The position numbers were made by a program, and so were the translations under genes. Source: Thermoanaerobaculia bacterium (GTDB taxonomy: Bacteria > Acidobacteriota > Thermoanaerobaculia > Gp7-AA8). From it: a stretch of DNA of 64,000 nucleotides. Location of the stretch: NCBI GenBank assembly GCA_035546335.1, contig DATKDP010000002.1, forward strand, positions 8,774 through 72,773, read 5' to 3'. Shown one piece after another: positions 46,652-55,589 of this stretch (position 1 is its first letter; every line of letters starts with the position of its first letter). The notes under the pieces were generated by a model. It saw only the letters and a program-made list of their open reading frames with translations, did not search any database and was not told where the DNA came from.

Positions 46652-46870
46652 CTAACGACGCTTCGGCACGACGAGCAGGAGTGCGCCGGCGGCAATCGCG
46701 GCAATGCCCGCCCAGAGGGGGATGTTGACCGTCCGCTTTTCTTTGACCGAGAAGTCGAAGGGACCGAGGTTGACCTCGTGCGTCGCCTTCGTGTAGGTGA
46801 ACTTCCCGTAGAGGATGCCGGCGATGCCGGCGATGATCAGGATGATGGCCACGATTTTGAGCGCGCTCAT
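46652..46870 (-). CDS. Small 2-TM membrane protein (DUF3185-like)
   Basis: 72 aa. MSALKIVAIILIIAGIAGILYGKFTYTK...IPLWAGIAAIAAGALLLVV. Coding-like, with a lower-GC codon pattern than its surroundings. Confidence 0.65.
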   Translation of the reverse strand: MSALKIVAIILIIAGIAGILYGKFTYTKATHEVNLGPFDFSVKEKRTVNIPLWAGIAAIAAGALLLVVPKRR

Positions 46871-46983
46871 GACACCAACCTCCGGCTGGATCGCCGGCTG
46901 ATCGCATCGATCACTACGAAGCAGAGCAGTTCCATGCAGTCCGTTCTTCTTTCACCTTCATCGCAGTATCTGATGAACGAGAA

Positions 46984-47370
46984 TCATCGGCGGCCTTTTC
47001 GCGGCTCAGCCGGTCTGCGTCGAAGTTCCTCCCCTTTCTGGGGGGATGTCGTCGTCTCTGCAGCATGTTCCGTGAGCTGCACGAGGTTGTCGATGATCGT
47101 CGCCACACGAGCCAGAAACTCGGGCCTGATCGTTGCGAGACGGTCGATGAGCGGTTTCAGGTGGCCGATGTTCCCTATGTCGTTCGGAAGAAGATTGCCC
47201 GGCTTCTCGCCGAGGGCCTCGCTGATGCTGACGAAGTCCTCGAGGTACAGCCCGCGCTGACTGGCCTCCAGCCTGGCGAGCTGCGCGGGGGACATGCCGA
47301 CGGTTCTGGCGACGTCGGCCTGGCTCCGAGACTTTGATTTGCGGAGCTGCCGGAGGATTCGCCCGTACAT
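46984..47370 (-). CDS. XRE-family helix-turn-helix transcriptional regulator
   Basis: 128 aa from ATG 47370. LRKSKSRSQADVARTVGMSPAQLARLEASQRGLYLEDFVSISEALG is a typical HTH_3 domain. Confidence 0.8.
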   Translation of the reverse strand: MYGRILRQLRKSKSRSQADVARTVGMSPAQLARLEASQRGLYLEDFVSISEALGEKPGNLLPNDIGNIGHLKPLIDRLATIRPEFLARVATIIDNLVQLTEHAAETTTSPQKGEELRRRPAEPRKGRR

Positions 47371-47392
47371 GCTAGCGGGCGATGCACGCGGC

Positions 47393-47415
47393 TTGCCAGA
47401 CAGGCAACATTTGCC
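47393..47415. promoter_or_regulatory. Overlapping inverted repeats TTGCC-N5-GGCAA-N3-TTGCC (candidate XRE operator)
   Basis: Read directly, 23-45 nt upstream of the XRE start. Further TTGCC half-sites occur at 47542 and in the -35 of the divergent promoter (47571). Confidence 0.3.
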
Positions 47416-47570
47416 ATGACGATTTCCCAAACGGATAGTCGAGTGCGGCTGCCGCCGCGGAGAGGGAAGGGGATCCGTCGGAAAAATCAGGAACTGACCG
47501 ATGGTGGCGCGCCGATGCTTGTCAACACAGCGGGCCGTTATTGCCGATAAGGTAACTTTTGTCTGATTCG

Positions 47571-47599
47571 TTGCCAAAAACGAAATTAGAGGATATACT
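47571..47599 (+). promoter_or_regulatory. Sigma-70-type promoter facing the CheB/CheR kinase gene
   Basis: TTGCCA (47571-47576), 17-nt spacer, TATACT (47594-47599) in a locally AT-richer gap. Confidence 0.5.
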
Positions 47600-47845
47600 G
47601 GACTCGTGATCTCAGTACACGCCTGATCAAGCAGGTCGCGACTCAAGCGCGCATGAGACGGCTGCCAATCCGGCAAATGCTGTGCGCGTCCCGCCACTTC
47701 CTCCATCCTCAGACGGGTATTCCAGGAAGGATGTGCGTCGATGGCAACCCGTACCACCTCGCGGCACTCCGCCATCCAAGCGGAGGTGTCTAAGACCACA
47801 TCCGCCCATGCGCGCGACGACGCTGACAACGCCGGCGAGCGAATC

Positions 47846-50800
47846 ATGTCACAACGCAGCGCAGCCGCTGTCCGTGTCGTGGGAATCGGTGCATCGGCGG
47901 GAGGTCTCGACGCATTCCTCGATCTCGTCGGCGCCATTCCGGCCGACACGGGACTGGCCTTCGTGCTGATCCAGCACCTCGATCCGCGCCACGACAGCAT
48001 GCTCGGCGAGATCCTCGCCGGGGCCGCGTCGATTCCCGTGCAGGAAGTGGCGGACGGGATGCGCATCGAGCGCGATCGGGTCTACGTGATTCCGCCCGAT
48101 ACGCAGATGACCATGGATGGCGATGTCCTGCGGCTGATCCCGCGAACGCCGAAGGCGCCGCATCGTCCGCTGGACACGTTCTTCTCCTCGTTGGCGAAGG
48201 ACCGGAAACGCTTCGCGATCGGCGTAGTACTCTCCGGCAACGACGCGGACGGAGCTCTCGGCCTGCAGGCGATTCGCGACGCCGGAGGAATTACCTTCGC
48301 TCAGAATCCGGAAAGTGCGAAGTTCGACGTGATGCCGCGGGCAGCAGCCGTCGCCGCGGACTTCGTGCTGCCGCCCGCCGGAATCGCCGAGCGGCTGGTG
48401 AGCATCGCCCGGCGCGGCGGCTCGGAAGAAAGCAAACAGTCGCGGCATCAGAATGCGGACGAGCTCGACCGCATTCTCGAACTGCTGCACGCGCGGCATC
48501 CGACCGACTTCAGCCATTTCAAACGAGCAAGCGTCGAGCGGCGCATCCTGAGGCGTGTTCTTCTGGGGGGCCACGAAAACGTCAGCGGGTACGCCGACGC
48601 TCTCGAGAAAGACGACGACGCAGTCGAGACGCTCTACCACGATCTTCTGATCGGCGTGACTTCGTTCTTCCGCGAGCCGGGGCGCTTCGAGGCACTGAAG
48701 AGGGTCGCCTTTCCCGCGATCCTCGAGAACCGCGGACCCGACGACAGCATCCGGATCTGGGTCGCGGGCTGCTCGACGGGCGAGGAGGTGTACTCGCTGG
48801 GCATCACGCTGCTGGAGTTTCTCGACGGCCGTGCCGATGCGCCGCGAATCGTCATCTACGGGACCGACATCAACGAGAAATCGCTGAAGAAGGCGCGGAC
48901 CGCGGTGTACTCGGAGCGTGCGGTGAGCGGCGTGTCGCAACGACGCCTGGCGGAGTTCTTCACGCCCGTTCCGGGGGGGTACAAGATCGCGACGGCTCTT
49001 CGCGAGCTGTGCGTCTTCGCCGCGCACGATCTGACACGAGATCCTCCCTACTCGCGGATCGATCTGGTGACCTGTTGCAACGTCCTGATCTACTTCGATC
49101 CGGAGCTGCAGAAGAGAGCGGTCGCGATGCTGCAGTACGCGATTGCCCAGGGGGGATTCCTGATGCTCGGAAGCTCGGAGGGTCTCCGCGGCACGACGAA
49201 TCAGCTGACCCCCGTTTCGGCCAAGCCGCTGATCTATCGCAAGCTCCAGGTGCCGGCGGCGCTGGCCCCCTTCGACGTTGAGCGCCCACCTCGGTCGAGC
49301 GTTACCGCAGCCGCTCCTCTCCAGCACCGCATCGCGGGCGGAGCTCACGTCGATCGAAACAACGAGGACGACGCCTTCCTCGCCTTCCATCTCGCTCCGT
49401 GCGGGGTGCTCGTGGACGGACAGATGGAGATCACGCGTATCCGTGGTGACGTGTCTCCTTTCATCGCGCTCGAACCGGGAGACGCGTCACTCGATCTGTT
49501 CAGCCTGGTGCGGCATCACGAGATGCTCGCGGTGCTGCGAGGCGCAGTCCGCCGTGCGTTCCGCGAGCAGATCACCGTGACCAGGGAGAACATTCTGGTG
49601 ATGGACGGCGACGCTCGCCGCACCGTCGGGTTCGATGTGATTCCGTACGGGACTCCTCCCCCGGGACACGAGCGTTGCTGGATCGTGTTCCGCAGCAGCC
49701 TGGTTTCGGCGAATCGCAAGGCCGGGCGGCCGGGCGTTCAGGCGGAGATCGACGGGCTTCGGCAGGCACTGGCCTCGGCCATCGATGATCGCGAGCTTCT
49801 CGCCGAGGAGGCTTCCGCCACGGCCGAGGAAGCACAGTCGAGCGATGAAGAGCTGCGCAGCACAAACGAAGAGCTGGAGACGGCGAAAGAGGAGCTCCAG
49901 TCGGCGAACGAAGAACTGAGCACGCTCAACGACGAGCTCCGGGCGCGCAACACGGCGCTGGTGAAGCTGAACGACGACATCGAGAATCTCCTGGGCGCCG
50001 TGGAGATCCCGATTCTCTTCGTCGGAACCGATCTGACCGTGCGCCGGTTCAACACCACCGCAGGGCTGCTGTTGAACCTGCGCGCCGGCGCGATCGGCCG
50101 GCCTCTCCACGAGGCGAAGTCGGTGCTCGACGTTTCCAATCTGGGGAAGCTCGTCGGAGCGGTCATCGAGACAGCCATGGCCGCGGACGTCGAGGTGCAG
50201 GATGCGATCGGCGACTGGCGGCTGCTGCGCATTCGCGCGTACCGCACAGCCGACGGAAGGATTGACGGTGCCATCGTGGCCGTCCTCGACATCAATGTTC
50301 TGAAGCGAAGCGTCCTGGTCGCTGAAGAAGCGGCGTGTGCCGCCGACATGCTCTCCCAGGCGAGCGTTCTGCTTGCGTCATCGCTCGACTACGAAACGAC
50401 GCTCGAGTCGCTCACACGCCTCTCCACGGCGGCGTTCGCCGACTGGTGCGCCGTGGATCTGGTCAACGAAGATGGCTCGATTCGCCACCTCACCGTCTCG
50501 CACGCCAACCCCGTGCTGCGCGACCTCGCGCTGCAGTTCCAGGAAGTCGCCTTCAGCGAGCCGGAGCGCGCGCCGGGCGCGCCGCAGGCGCTCCTGCAGC
50601 GCAAGTCGGTGCTGCTCACCGACATCGCCGACTCACATTTGTCCGGCGTGCAGCCTGAGGCGAAGATCATGCAGCTCATCGGCGCGCTCGGCGTACGCTC
50701 GCTCATCAGCGTGCCGCTGATCGTCCGCGACAAGGTGCTGGGGACGACGACATTCTCCTCATCACGCCGCCGGTACGACGAAGCCGACCTGCGTCTGGCC

Positions 50801-51646
50801 GAGGAATTGTCCCAACGCGCCGCCGTGGCGATCGATACGGCCATGCTCTTCGGCGAGGCCGAGAGCGCGAACCGGTACAAGGACGCATTCCTCGGGACCG
50901 TGGCTCACGAGCTGCGAACGCCGCTGACCTCGATCATCGGCTGGGTGCAGTTGTCGAAGGAGGCTCCGAATCTCTTCGGCGAAGCCTTCGTCCGGATCGA
51001 ACAAAGTGCGAGCCTGCTCCAGGTGTTCACCGAGGATCTGCTGGACGTGACGCGAATCCGTGAGCAGAAGTTGAGCATGGAGATGGCGGAGGTCGATTTT
51101 GCATCGGTCGTCAGGTCGGCCCTGGACATCACTGCTCCTGCCGCGCTCGGTAGCGCGATTCGAGTCCATTCGGATCTCGCCCTCGATCCTGCGCCGATGT
51201 GTGGCGACAGCGTGCGGTTGCTGCAGGTCGTGTGGAACCTTCTGGGGAATGCGATCAAATTCACGCCGCCCGAAGGAGAGATTGACGTCCTGCTGGACCG
51301 GACCGGAAACGATGCCCGGTTGTCGGTGCGCGATACGGGCGCCGGCATCAGCGCCGACTTCGCGCCGCATGTCTTCGAGTTGTACCAGCAGGCGGATGAG
51401 GCGACAGGTCACCAGCCGGGGCTGGGAATCGGCCTGGCGATCGTCAAGCAGATCGTGAAGCTCCACGGCGGAACGGTGCGCGTCGAGAGTGCCGGTCTCG
51501 GTCGCGGATCGACGTTCGTCGTCACGCTGCCGCTCTCCTCCACGGCGACCGAAAGCGTGAGTCCTTCCGGAGCCGGCCCCCGGTCGGGCAAGTCCCGCCT
51601 AGCCGGCAGGCGAGCTACGGCGCAGCCCGAATCGGGGCCTTCATGA
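47846..51646 (+). CDS. CheB methylesterase-CheR methyltransferase-PAS-GAF-histidine kinase fusion protein
   Basis: VVGIGASAGGLDAF (CheB), WVAGCSTGEEVYSL (CheR SAM site), the SDEELRSTNEELETAKEELQSANEEL coiled coil typical of these fusions, a GAF-like segment, the H-box AHELRTPLTSI and HATPase motifs. The ORF opens at 47741; ATG 47846 fits the domain start. Confidence 0.88.
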   Translation: MSQRSAAAVRVVGIGASAGGLDAFLDLVGAIPADTGLAFVLIQHLDPRHDSMLGEILAGAASIPVQEVADGMRIERDRVYVIPPDTQMTMDGDVLRLIPRTPKAPHRPLDTFFSSLAKDRKRFAIGVVLSGNDADGALGLQAIRDAGGITFAQNPESAKFDVMPRAAAVAADFVLPPAGIAERLVSIARRGGSEESKQSRHQNADELDRILELLHARHPTDFSHFKRASVERRILRRVLLGGHENVSGYADALEKDDDAVETLYHDLLIGVTSFFREPGRFEALKRVAFPAILENRGPDDSIRIWVAGCSTGEEVYSLGITLLEFLDGRADAPRIVIYGTDINEKSLKKARTAVYSERAVSGVSQRRLAEFFTPVPGGYKIATALRELCVFAAHDLTRDPPYSRIDLVTCCNVLIYFDPELQKRAVAMLQYAIAQGGFLMLGSSEGLRGTTNQLTPVSAKPLIYRKLQVPAALAPFDVERPPRSSVTAAAPLQHRIAGGAHVDRNNEDDAFLAFHLAPCGVLVDGQMEITRIRGDVSPFIALEPGDASLDLFSLVRHHEMLAVLRGAVRRAFREQITVTRENILVMDGDARRTVGFDVIPYGTPPPGHERCWIVFRSSLVSANRKAGRPGVQAEIDGLRQALASAIDDRELLAEEASATAEEAQSSDEELRSTNEELETAKEELQSANEELSTLNDELRARNTALVKLNDDIENLLGAVEIPILFVGTDLTVRRFNTTAGLLLNLRAGAIGRPLHEAKSVLDVSNLGKLVGAVIETAMAADVEVQDAIGDWRLLRIRAYRTADGRIDGAIVAVLDINVLKRSVLVAEEAACAADMLSQASVLLASSLDYETTLESLTRLSTAAFADWCAVDLVNEDGSIRHLTVSHANPVLRDLALQFQEVAFSEPERAPGAPQALLQRKSVLLTDIADSHLSGVQPEAKIMQLIGALGVRSLISVPLIVRDKVLGTTTFSSSRRRYDEADLRLAEELSQRAAVAIDTAMLFGEAESANRYKDAFLGTVAHELRTPLTSIIGWVQLSKEAPNLFGEAFVRIEQSASLLQVFTEDLLDVTRIREQKLSMEMAEVDFASVVRSALDITAPAALGSAIRVHSDLALDPAPMCGDSVRLLQVVWNLLGNAIKFTPPEGEIDVLLDRTGNDARLSVRDTGAGISADFAPHVFELYQQADEATGHQPGLGIGLAIVKQIVKLHGGTVRVESAGLGRGSTFVVTLPLSSTATESVSPSGAGPRSGKSRLAGRRATAQPESGPS

Positions 51647-51903
51647 CCAGACAGCTCGTTCGAACGACGGCGGGGAAAGTCCTTCGCAGCGACGATCTGA
51701 TCGGCGACGAGAAGGAGGTGGCCGCGGAAATTCTGCGAGCGAGCCCCGATCTCGGCAACCCGCATGTGGTCCGATGCGATTGGTGCCGCGAGACTCGAAT
51801 GCTCTTTCGCGACGAGAACGACGGTCCGTTCAAGCTCACCGCACACGGATGGCGTTGCGAGCCGTGCGATGCGAATGCAGCCAGTCAGGAAGTCAAGTTC
51901 TGA
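51643..51903 (+). CDS. Small zinc-ribbon-like protein, translationally coupled to the kinase
   Basis: ATGA overlap with the kinase stop. 86 aa with CDWC...CEPC. Confidence 0.5.
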   Translation: MTRQLVRTTAGKVLRSDDLIGDEKEVAAEILRASPDLGNPHVVRCDWCRETRMLFRDENDGPFKLTAHGWRCEPCDANAASQEVKF

Positions 51904-51913
51904 ACCGTGACGT

Positions 51914-52228
51914 TCAATGTTTCACGGCGCTCCCGAGCGGCTTGACTGTGCCCGGGCGCCGATGCGGGCAGCGGTCGAGGCGCATTTCCGCCCCCGCTTC
52001 CACCCAGGCCCAGCCGGAGACGCCACATTTTTCGCAGCGCCAGGGCGTACGCTGAAACACGCGCGGCGGCGGTGACTCATCGAAGTGCCCTTCGGCGCGC
52101 GTCATTTTTCCAGCGCCGGTGTGCCGCGGAACCTTCGTAATGCCGGCTGCCCCTTCGCCGTTCGGGCAATCGGGCCATGGGCAGGGGAGCTGCCTGTGCT
52201 CGTGACGATGCTGGTCGCAGGCCTTCAT
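51914..52228 (-). CDS. Cys/His-rich hypothetical protein
   Basis: 104 aa. By eye, most third codon positions are G or C, consistent with coding. CDQHRHEH..CPWPDC and CEKCG...CPH motifs. No recognised family. Confidence 0.4.
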   Translation of the reverse strand: MKACDQHRHEHRQLPCPWPDCPNGEGAAGITKVPRHTGAGKMTRAEGHFDESPPPRVFQRTPWRCEKCGVSGWAWVEAGAEMRLDRCPHRRPGTVKPLGSAVKH

Positions 52229-52248
52229 CTTTCTCGCTCATGCTATCA

Positions 52249-52443
52249 AAAAGCAAAGCGCAAAGCGCAGAGGGCAGAGGGTGATCGTTCCGTTCCTCGC
52301 AGCCCTGCCGGGCTGCGTCGATTGTTTCGTGTTCACGCCGAACCGGTGGTGGCGCTTCGCGCTCACCACCGGCTGTGCTCCGGGCACCCCTCGGGGTGTT
52401 GGCTGCGCTTTCCCTCTGCCCTCTGCTATCTGCTATCCGCGCT
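52249..52443. repeat. Composite palindrome: inverted heptamer arrays flanking a family C-like hairpin
   Basis: Left array AAAAGCA AAGCGCA AAGCGCA GAGGGCA GAGGGTG (52249-52283). Right array CTGCGCT..CTGCCCT CTGCTAT CTGCTAT (52403-52443). 15-bp perfect complementarity GCAGAGGGCAGAGGG/CCCTCTGCCCTCTGC. CCGGTGGTGGCGCTTCGCGCTCACCACCGG lies in the middle. Confidence 0.85.
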
Positions 52444-54051
52444 CTCCTCCTCCCGATCCCACGCATATCTCTGCGCGAAGAGAGGGGCGAGAAGACTCTC
52501 GGCCGGAGTGTAATCATCCGTCATGACGATCGCGTTTCGTGACGCGATCCAGGTGCGGAGCTGTTCGGAAGGGAGAGCGAGCCCGAACGCGGTCGTCGGA
52601 TCACCGATGGTCCCCATGCCGAACATTCCCTCGATCACCCGTTGCAGCTCCTCGGAAGCGATGACCACGAAGGTCGACTGGGTGTCGGTCAGATCGTCAT
52701 CGCCTTCGACGAGGAGCGCGACGTTCTCCTCGCCGAACACCGACTGGAGTGTGCGGATGTAGGAGGCGAGAAATCTTCCCTTTTCGAAGTTGTCGATCAC
52801 GTTGACGAGAAGGATGCCGTCGTCGGCGAGGAGGCGCTTCAGCTCGGAAGCAAATTCGCGTGTGGTGAGGTGAAACGGGACTGAGAGGTCGTTGAACGCG
52901 TCGAGCAGGATCACATCGTGAGTCGATCGCGCGCGAATGGCGAACCACCTGGCGTCGTGATTGATCGTCCTGATCGCCGTGGTCGGCGGCAATCCGAGGA
53001 ACTGGTGGGCCGTGCGCGTGACCTCCGGGTCGATCTCGACCACCTCGATCTCAGCCCGAGGATAGACGATCTCGGCGCGTCTGGGCAGCGTGTAACCGCC
53101 TCCGCCGATGAAGAGAAGACGCATCGAGTCGAATTGCCGATGACGCCAGGCGAGAGCCTCGTCGAAGAGCTTCAGGTACCCGTAGGTGAGATGCGCCGGC
53201 TCGTACAGATCGTTGTACGAGTGCGCGAGCTGATCGAGATAGAGAACCTGCAGCGCTCCCCCGCCGTCCGTTCTCGCACTCTTCTCCACGCGGATCGTGT
53301 AGTACTCGCTCTCTGCGAAGTGATACGCCTCGGCCATGAGCGATTTCGGGAGGAGCCGATCGTGAACGCGCGCCATGAGAAACGGATCGGCGAAGATCGC
53401 CGCGACGATGGAGATTGCGAGAAGCACTCCCATCGCTCGCCCCCAGCGGCCGAAGAGCTCGCCGAGAACGAGGCCGGTGAGAATGAGCAGCAGGCCGATG
53501 GCCACGAGAATCGTTCGTGTGCCGAATCGGGGTACGAGATAGAAGCCGGTCATGAAAGTCCCGGCGATCGCGCCGAGCGTGGAGAAGGCGTAGAGCTTGC
53601 CGACGACGCGGCCGGTGCGGTCGAGATCGCGCACGGCAAGCTTGACGGCAACGGGCGAGATCATCCCGAGAAGAAGCGCGGGAAGGAAGAACAACAGCGT
53701 CGAGAGGATCACAACGCGCTGGAGCAGCGTGTCGCCGGCTCCGAGGCGGGCGACGATCCCCTGGTCGGCAGCGAGCAGATCGGTCAGAGGAGGAATTGCG
53801 ATCGAGGCCACGCCCGAGAAGAGCAGGAGCCAGCCGAGTGTCGATCCATGGGGAAAGCGGTCGGCGATGAGTCCGCCGAGCCAGGCGCCGACGCTGATGC
53901 CGGCGAGCACGACGCCGATGATGCTGGTCCAGGTGTAGAGGGAGACTCCGACATAGGGGGCCATGATGCGTCCGGCGACGAGCTCGATGACCAGCGTGCA
54001 GAAGCTGGCGATGAAGACGATGACTGCAGCTTTGACGACCTCGACTCGCAT
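52426..54051 (-). CDS. Fused membrane domain / spermidine synthase-like (aminopropyltransferase fold) protein
   Basis: About 7 N-terminal TM helices, then LLFIGGGGYT...VEIDPEV...DAFND motifs of the spermidine synthase family. The stop lies inside the heptamer array. Confidence 0.8.
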   Translation of the reverse strand: MRVEVVKAAVIVFIASFCTLVIELVAGRIMAPYVGVSLYTWTSIIGVVLAGISVGAWLGGLIADRFPHGSTLGWLLLFSGVASIAIPPLTDLLAADQGIVARLGAGDTLLQRVVILSTLLFFLPALLLGMISPVAVKLAVRDLDRTGRVVGKLYAFSTLGAIAGTFMTGFYLVPRFGTRTILVAIGLLLILTGLVLGELFGRWGRAMGVLLAISIVAAIFADPFLMARVHDRLLPKSLMAEAYHFAESEYYTIRVEKSARTDGGGALQVLYLDQLAHSYNDLYEPAHLTYGYLKLFDEALAWRHRQFDSMRLLFIGGGGYTLPRRAEIVYPRAEIEVVEIDPEVTRTAHQFLGLPPTTAIRTINHDARWFAIRARSTHDVILLDAFNDLSVPFHLTTREFASELKRLLADDGILLVNVIDNFEKGRFLASYIRTLQSVFGEENVALLVEGDDDLTDTQSTFVVIASEELQRVIEGMFGMGTIGDPTTAFGLALPSEQLRTWIASRNAIVMTDDYTPAESLLAPLFAQRYAWDREEESADSR

Positions 54052-54137
54052 CGGTATCTCACGTTCCCTGCATCGGTCTGATCACAGGGGGCGGTCATTG
54101 TATCGATGAGTCGATCCGAAGAGCTAGACTGGCGGGC

Positions 54138-55028
54138 ATGCGGGAGCTCGTGGTTCGTCAACTGCTGGGTGGCCAGATCTGGTTCGGTTGTGCTGCGGTC
54201 CTGCTCATCATCATCGCCGTCGATGTTCTTCGACTGCTCGACGGGCGCAGCGGAGCCGTTCGTGCGGGGCGCTTCCTCCTCGTCCTCCTCGTACCTTTGT
54301 CCGCTCTGACCGGGACGCCTGTGCCGCTCTACCTGGTGATCGCGCTGGCCATTCTCTGGCTTTCTTACGCATTCGCCGGCTTTCAAAACGAGTCGCAATG
54401 GCTCCGGCGGGGTGTGGGAGCCGGTCTGGCGACGCTGGTGCTCATCGCTGTGGTGCGCGAGCTCCCGTACCATGCCCGCCCCACGATCGATGCCGGCTCG
54501 GGCCCGATCTACGTGATCGGCGACTCGATCAGCTCGGGAGGGTTCGGCGAGACGCTTCCATGGCCGGACCTGCTCGCCCGGATGACCGGCCTGGCGGTCG
54601 TCAACCTCGCGCAACCGTCGGAGACGACGAGATCCGCGATGCAGTATCAGGTGCCGAAGCTGACTTCGGATCGAGCCGTCGTGCTCGAGATCGGAGGAAA
54701 CGATCTGCTCGATGGACTTCCGGCGGGAGCATTCGAGCAACAGCTCGATGAGCTGCTCGGGGCGTTGCGTCCGGAGGGGAGCGATCGGCCCGTTCTGATG
54801 TTCGAACTGCCGATCCCGCCCGGCCGCTGGGCATTCGGCGCCGCGCAGAGGCGCGTCGCCCGCCGGCATGGAGCTCCGTTGATTCCCAAACGACTCCTGG
54901 TCGACGTGCTTCTCGATCCTGGGCTCGTCGCGGATGGGCTCCATCTGACCGATGCGGGGCACCGCAGGGTTGCTCAGATCGTCGCACGGTCAATCGGAAG
55001 GCAGAAGGTAGTAGACTCTAGAAAGTAG
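54138..55028 (+). CDS. SGNH/GDSL hydrolase with an N-terminal membrane domain
   Basis: Blocks I (VIGDSISSGG), III (GGNDLL) and V (DGLHLTDAGH) after 3-4 TM helices. Confidence 0.8.
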   Translation: MRELVVRQLLGGQIWFGCAAVLLIIIAVDVLRLLDGRSGAVRAGRFLLVLLVPLSALTGTPVPLYLVIALAILWLSYAFAGFQNESQWLRRGVGAGLATLVLIAVVRELPYHARPTIDAGSGPIYVIGDSISSGGFGETLPWPDLLARMTGLAVVNLAQPSETTRSAMQYQVPKLTSDRAVVLEIGGNDLLDGLPAGAFEQQLDELLGALRPEGSDRPVLMFELPIPPGRWAFGAAQRRVARRHGAPLIPKRLLVDVLLDPGLVADGLHLTDAGHRRVAQIVARSIGRQKVVDSRK

Positions 55029-55129
55029 AAAGCAGATGCCAGAAGGCAGAAGCACGTGGGCGATGCCAGATGCAGAGGAAGATAGCACCTCGGAGATTTC
55101 CCTCTGCCTTCTGCCCTGCCCTCTGCCCT
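54994..55129. repeat. Inverted heptamer arrays (NNNNCAG x8-9 versus CTGCCYT x4) between convergent genes
   Basis: Left array TCGGAAG GCAGAAG GTAGTAG ACTCTAG AAAGTAG AAAGCAG ATGCCAG AAGGCAG AAGCACG. Right array CTGCCTT CTGCC CTGCCCT CTGCCCT. CAGAAGGCAGA pairs with TCTGCCTTCTG. The unit is shared with 52249-52443. Confidence 0.8.
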
Positions 55130-55130
55130 C

Positions 55131-55589
55131 CTACCCCCTTCTCTCCACGACGAACGTTTCGAAGTGGTAAGCGTAGTTCTCGCCGGTCGAGAGTCCGACG
55201 ATGATCCGCAGCCGGACGATGCTGCTTCGCTCCTGACGCGGGACTCCGGCCCGCGTCATTCCGCGAAGGGTGATCTCGAACAGACCATCATCGCCGGGTT
55301 GAATCGTCTTCGGATCGCGATGGAATCCCGCCTCGAATCGATAGTATGGGTCTTCGGTCGGGGTGACGGAGACGTGGCTCACGGTGATCTCTTCGTGGGT
55401 GAGATTCGTGACGGCCACGGTGATCGTGCCCGAGGGCTCGGTCATGGTCTGGTAGGGATGGATTTCGATCCCGCTGATCAGGACTTCGAGGATGTTCGCC
55501 GCCGATTCCGCGGAACGGATGTCGGTTGTCTGGCATCCAATGACTGCGGTGGCGAGAAGAGCAGCGATGGAGATGAGAGCTGATCGCAT
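55131..55589 (-). CDS. Hypothetical lipoprotein
   Basis: 152 aa from ATG 55589. Lipobox-like ATAVIGC, then a beta-rich mature part. No recognised family. Confidence 0.6.
   Translation of the reverse strand: MRSALISIAALLATAVIGCQTTDIRSAESAANILEVLISGIEIHPYQTMTEPSGTITVAVTNLTHEEITVSHVSVTPTEDPYYRFEAGFHRDPKTIQPGDDGLFEITLRGMTRAGVPRQERSSIVRLRIIVGLSTGENYAYHFETFVVERRG

Noticed and set aside
52255-52269. Tandem AAAGCGCA-AAAGCGCA, identical to the E. coli Ada box A, as an Ada operator.
   Set aside because: It is simply two units of the local heptamer array (AAGCGCA period 7). It faces the wrong way for the only adjacent start codon. No similar box is present upstream of either Ada-type gene in the window, and transferring the E. 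coli operator consensus to this lineage is unjustified.
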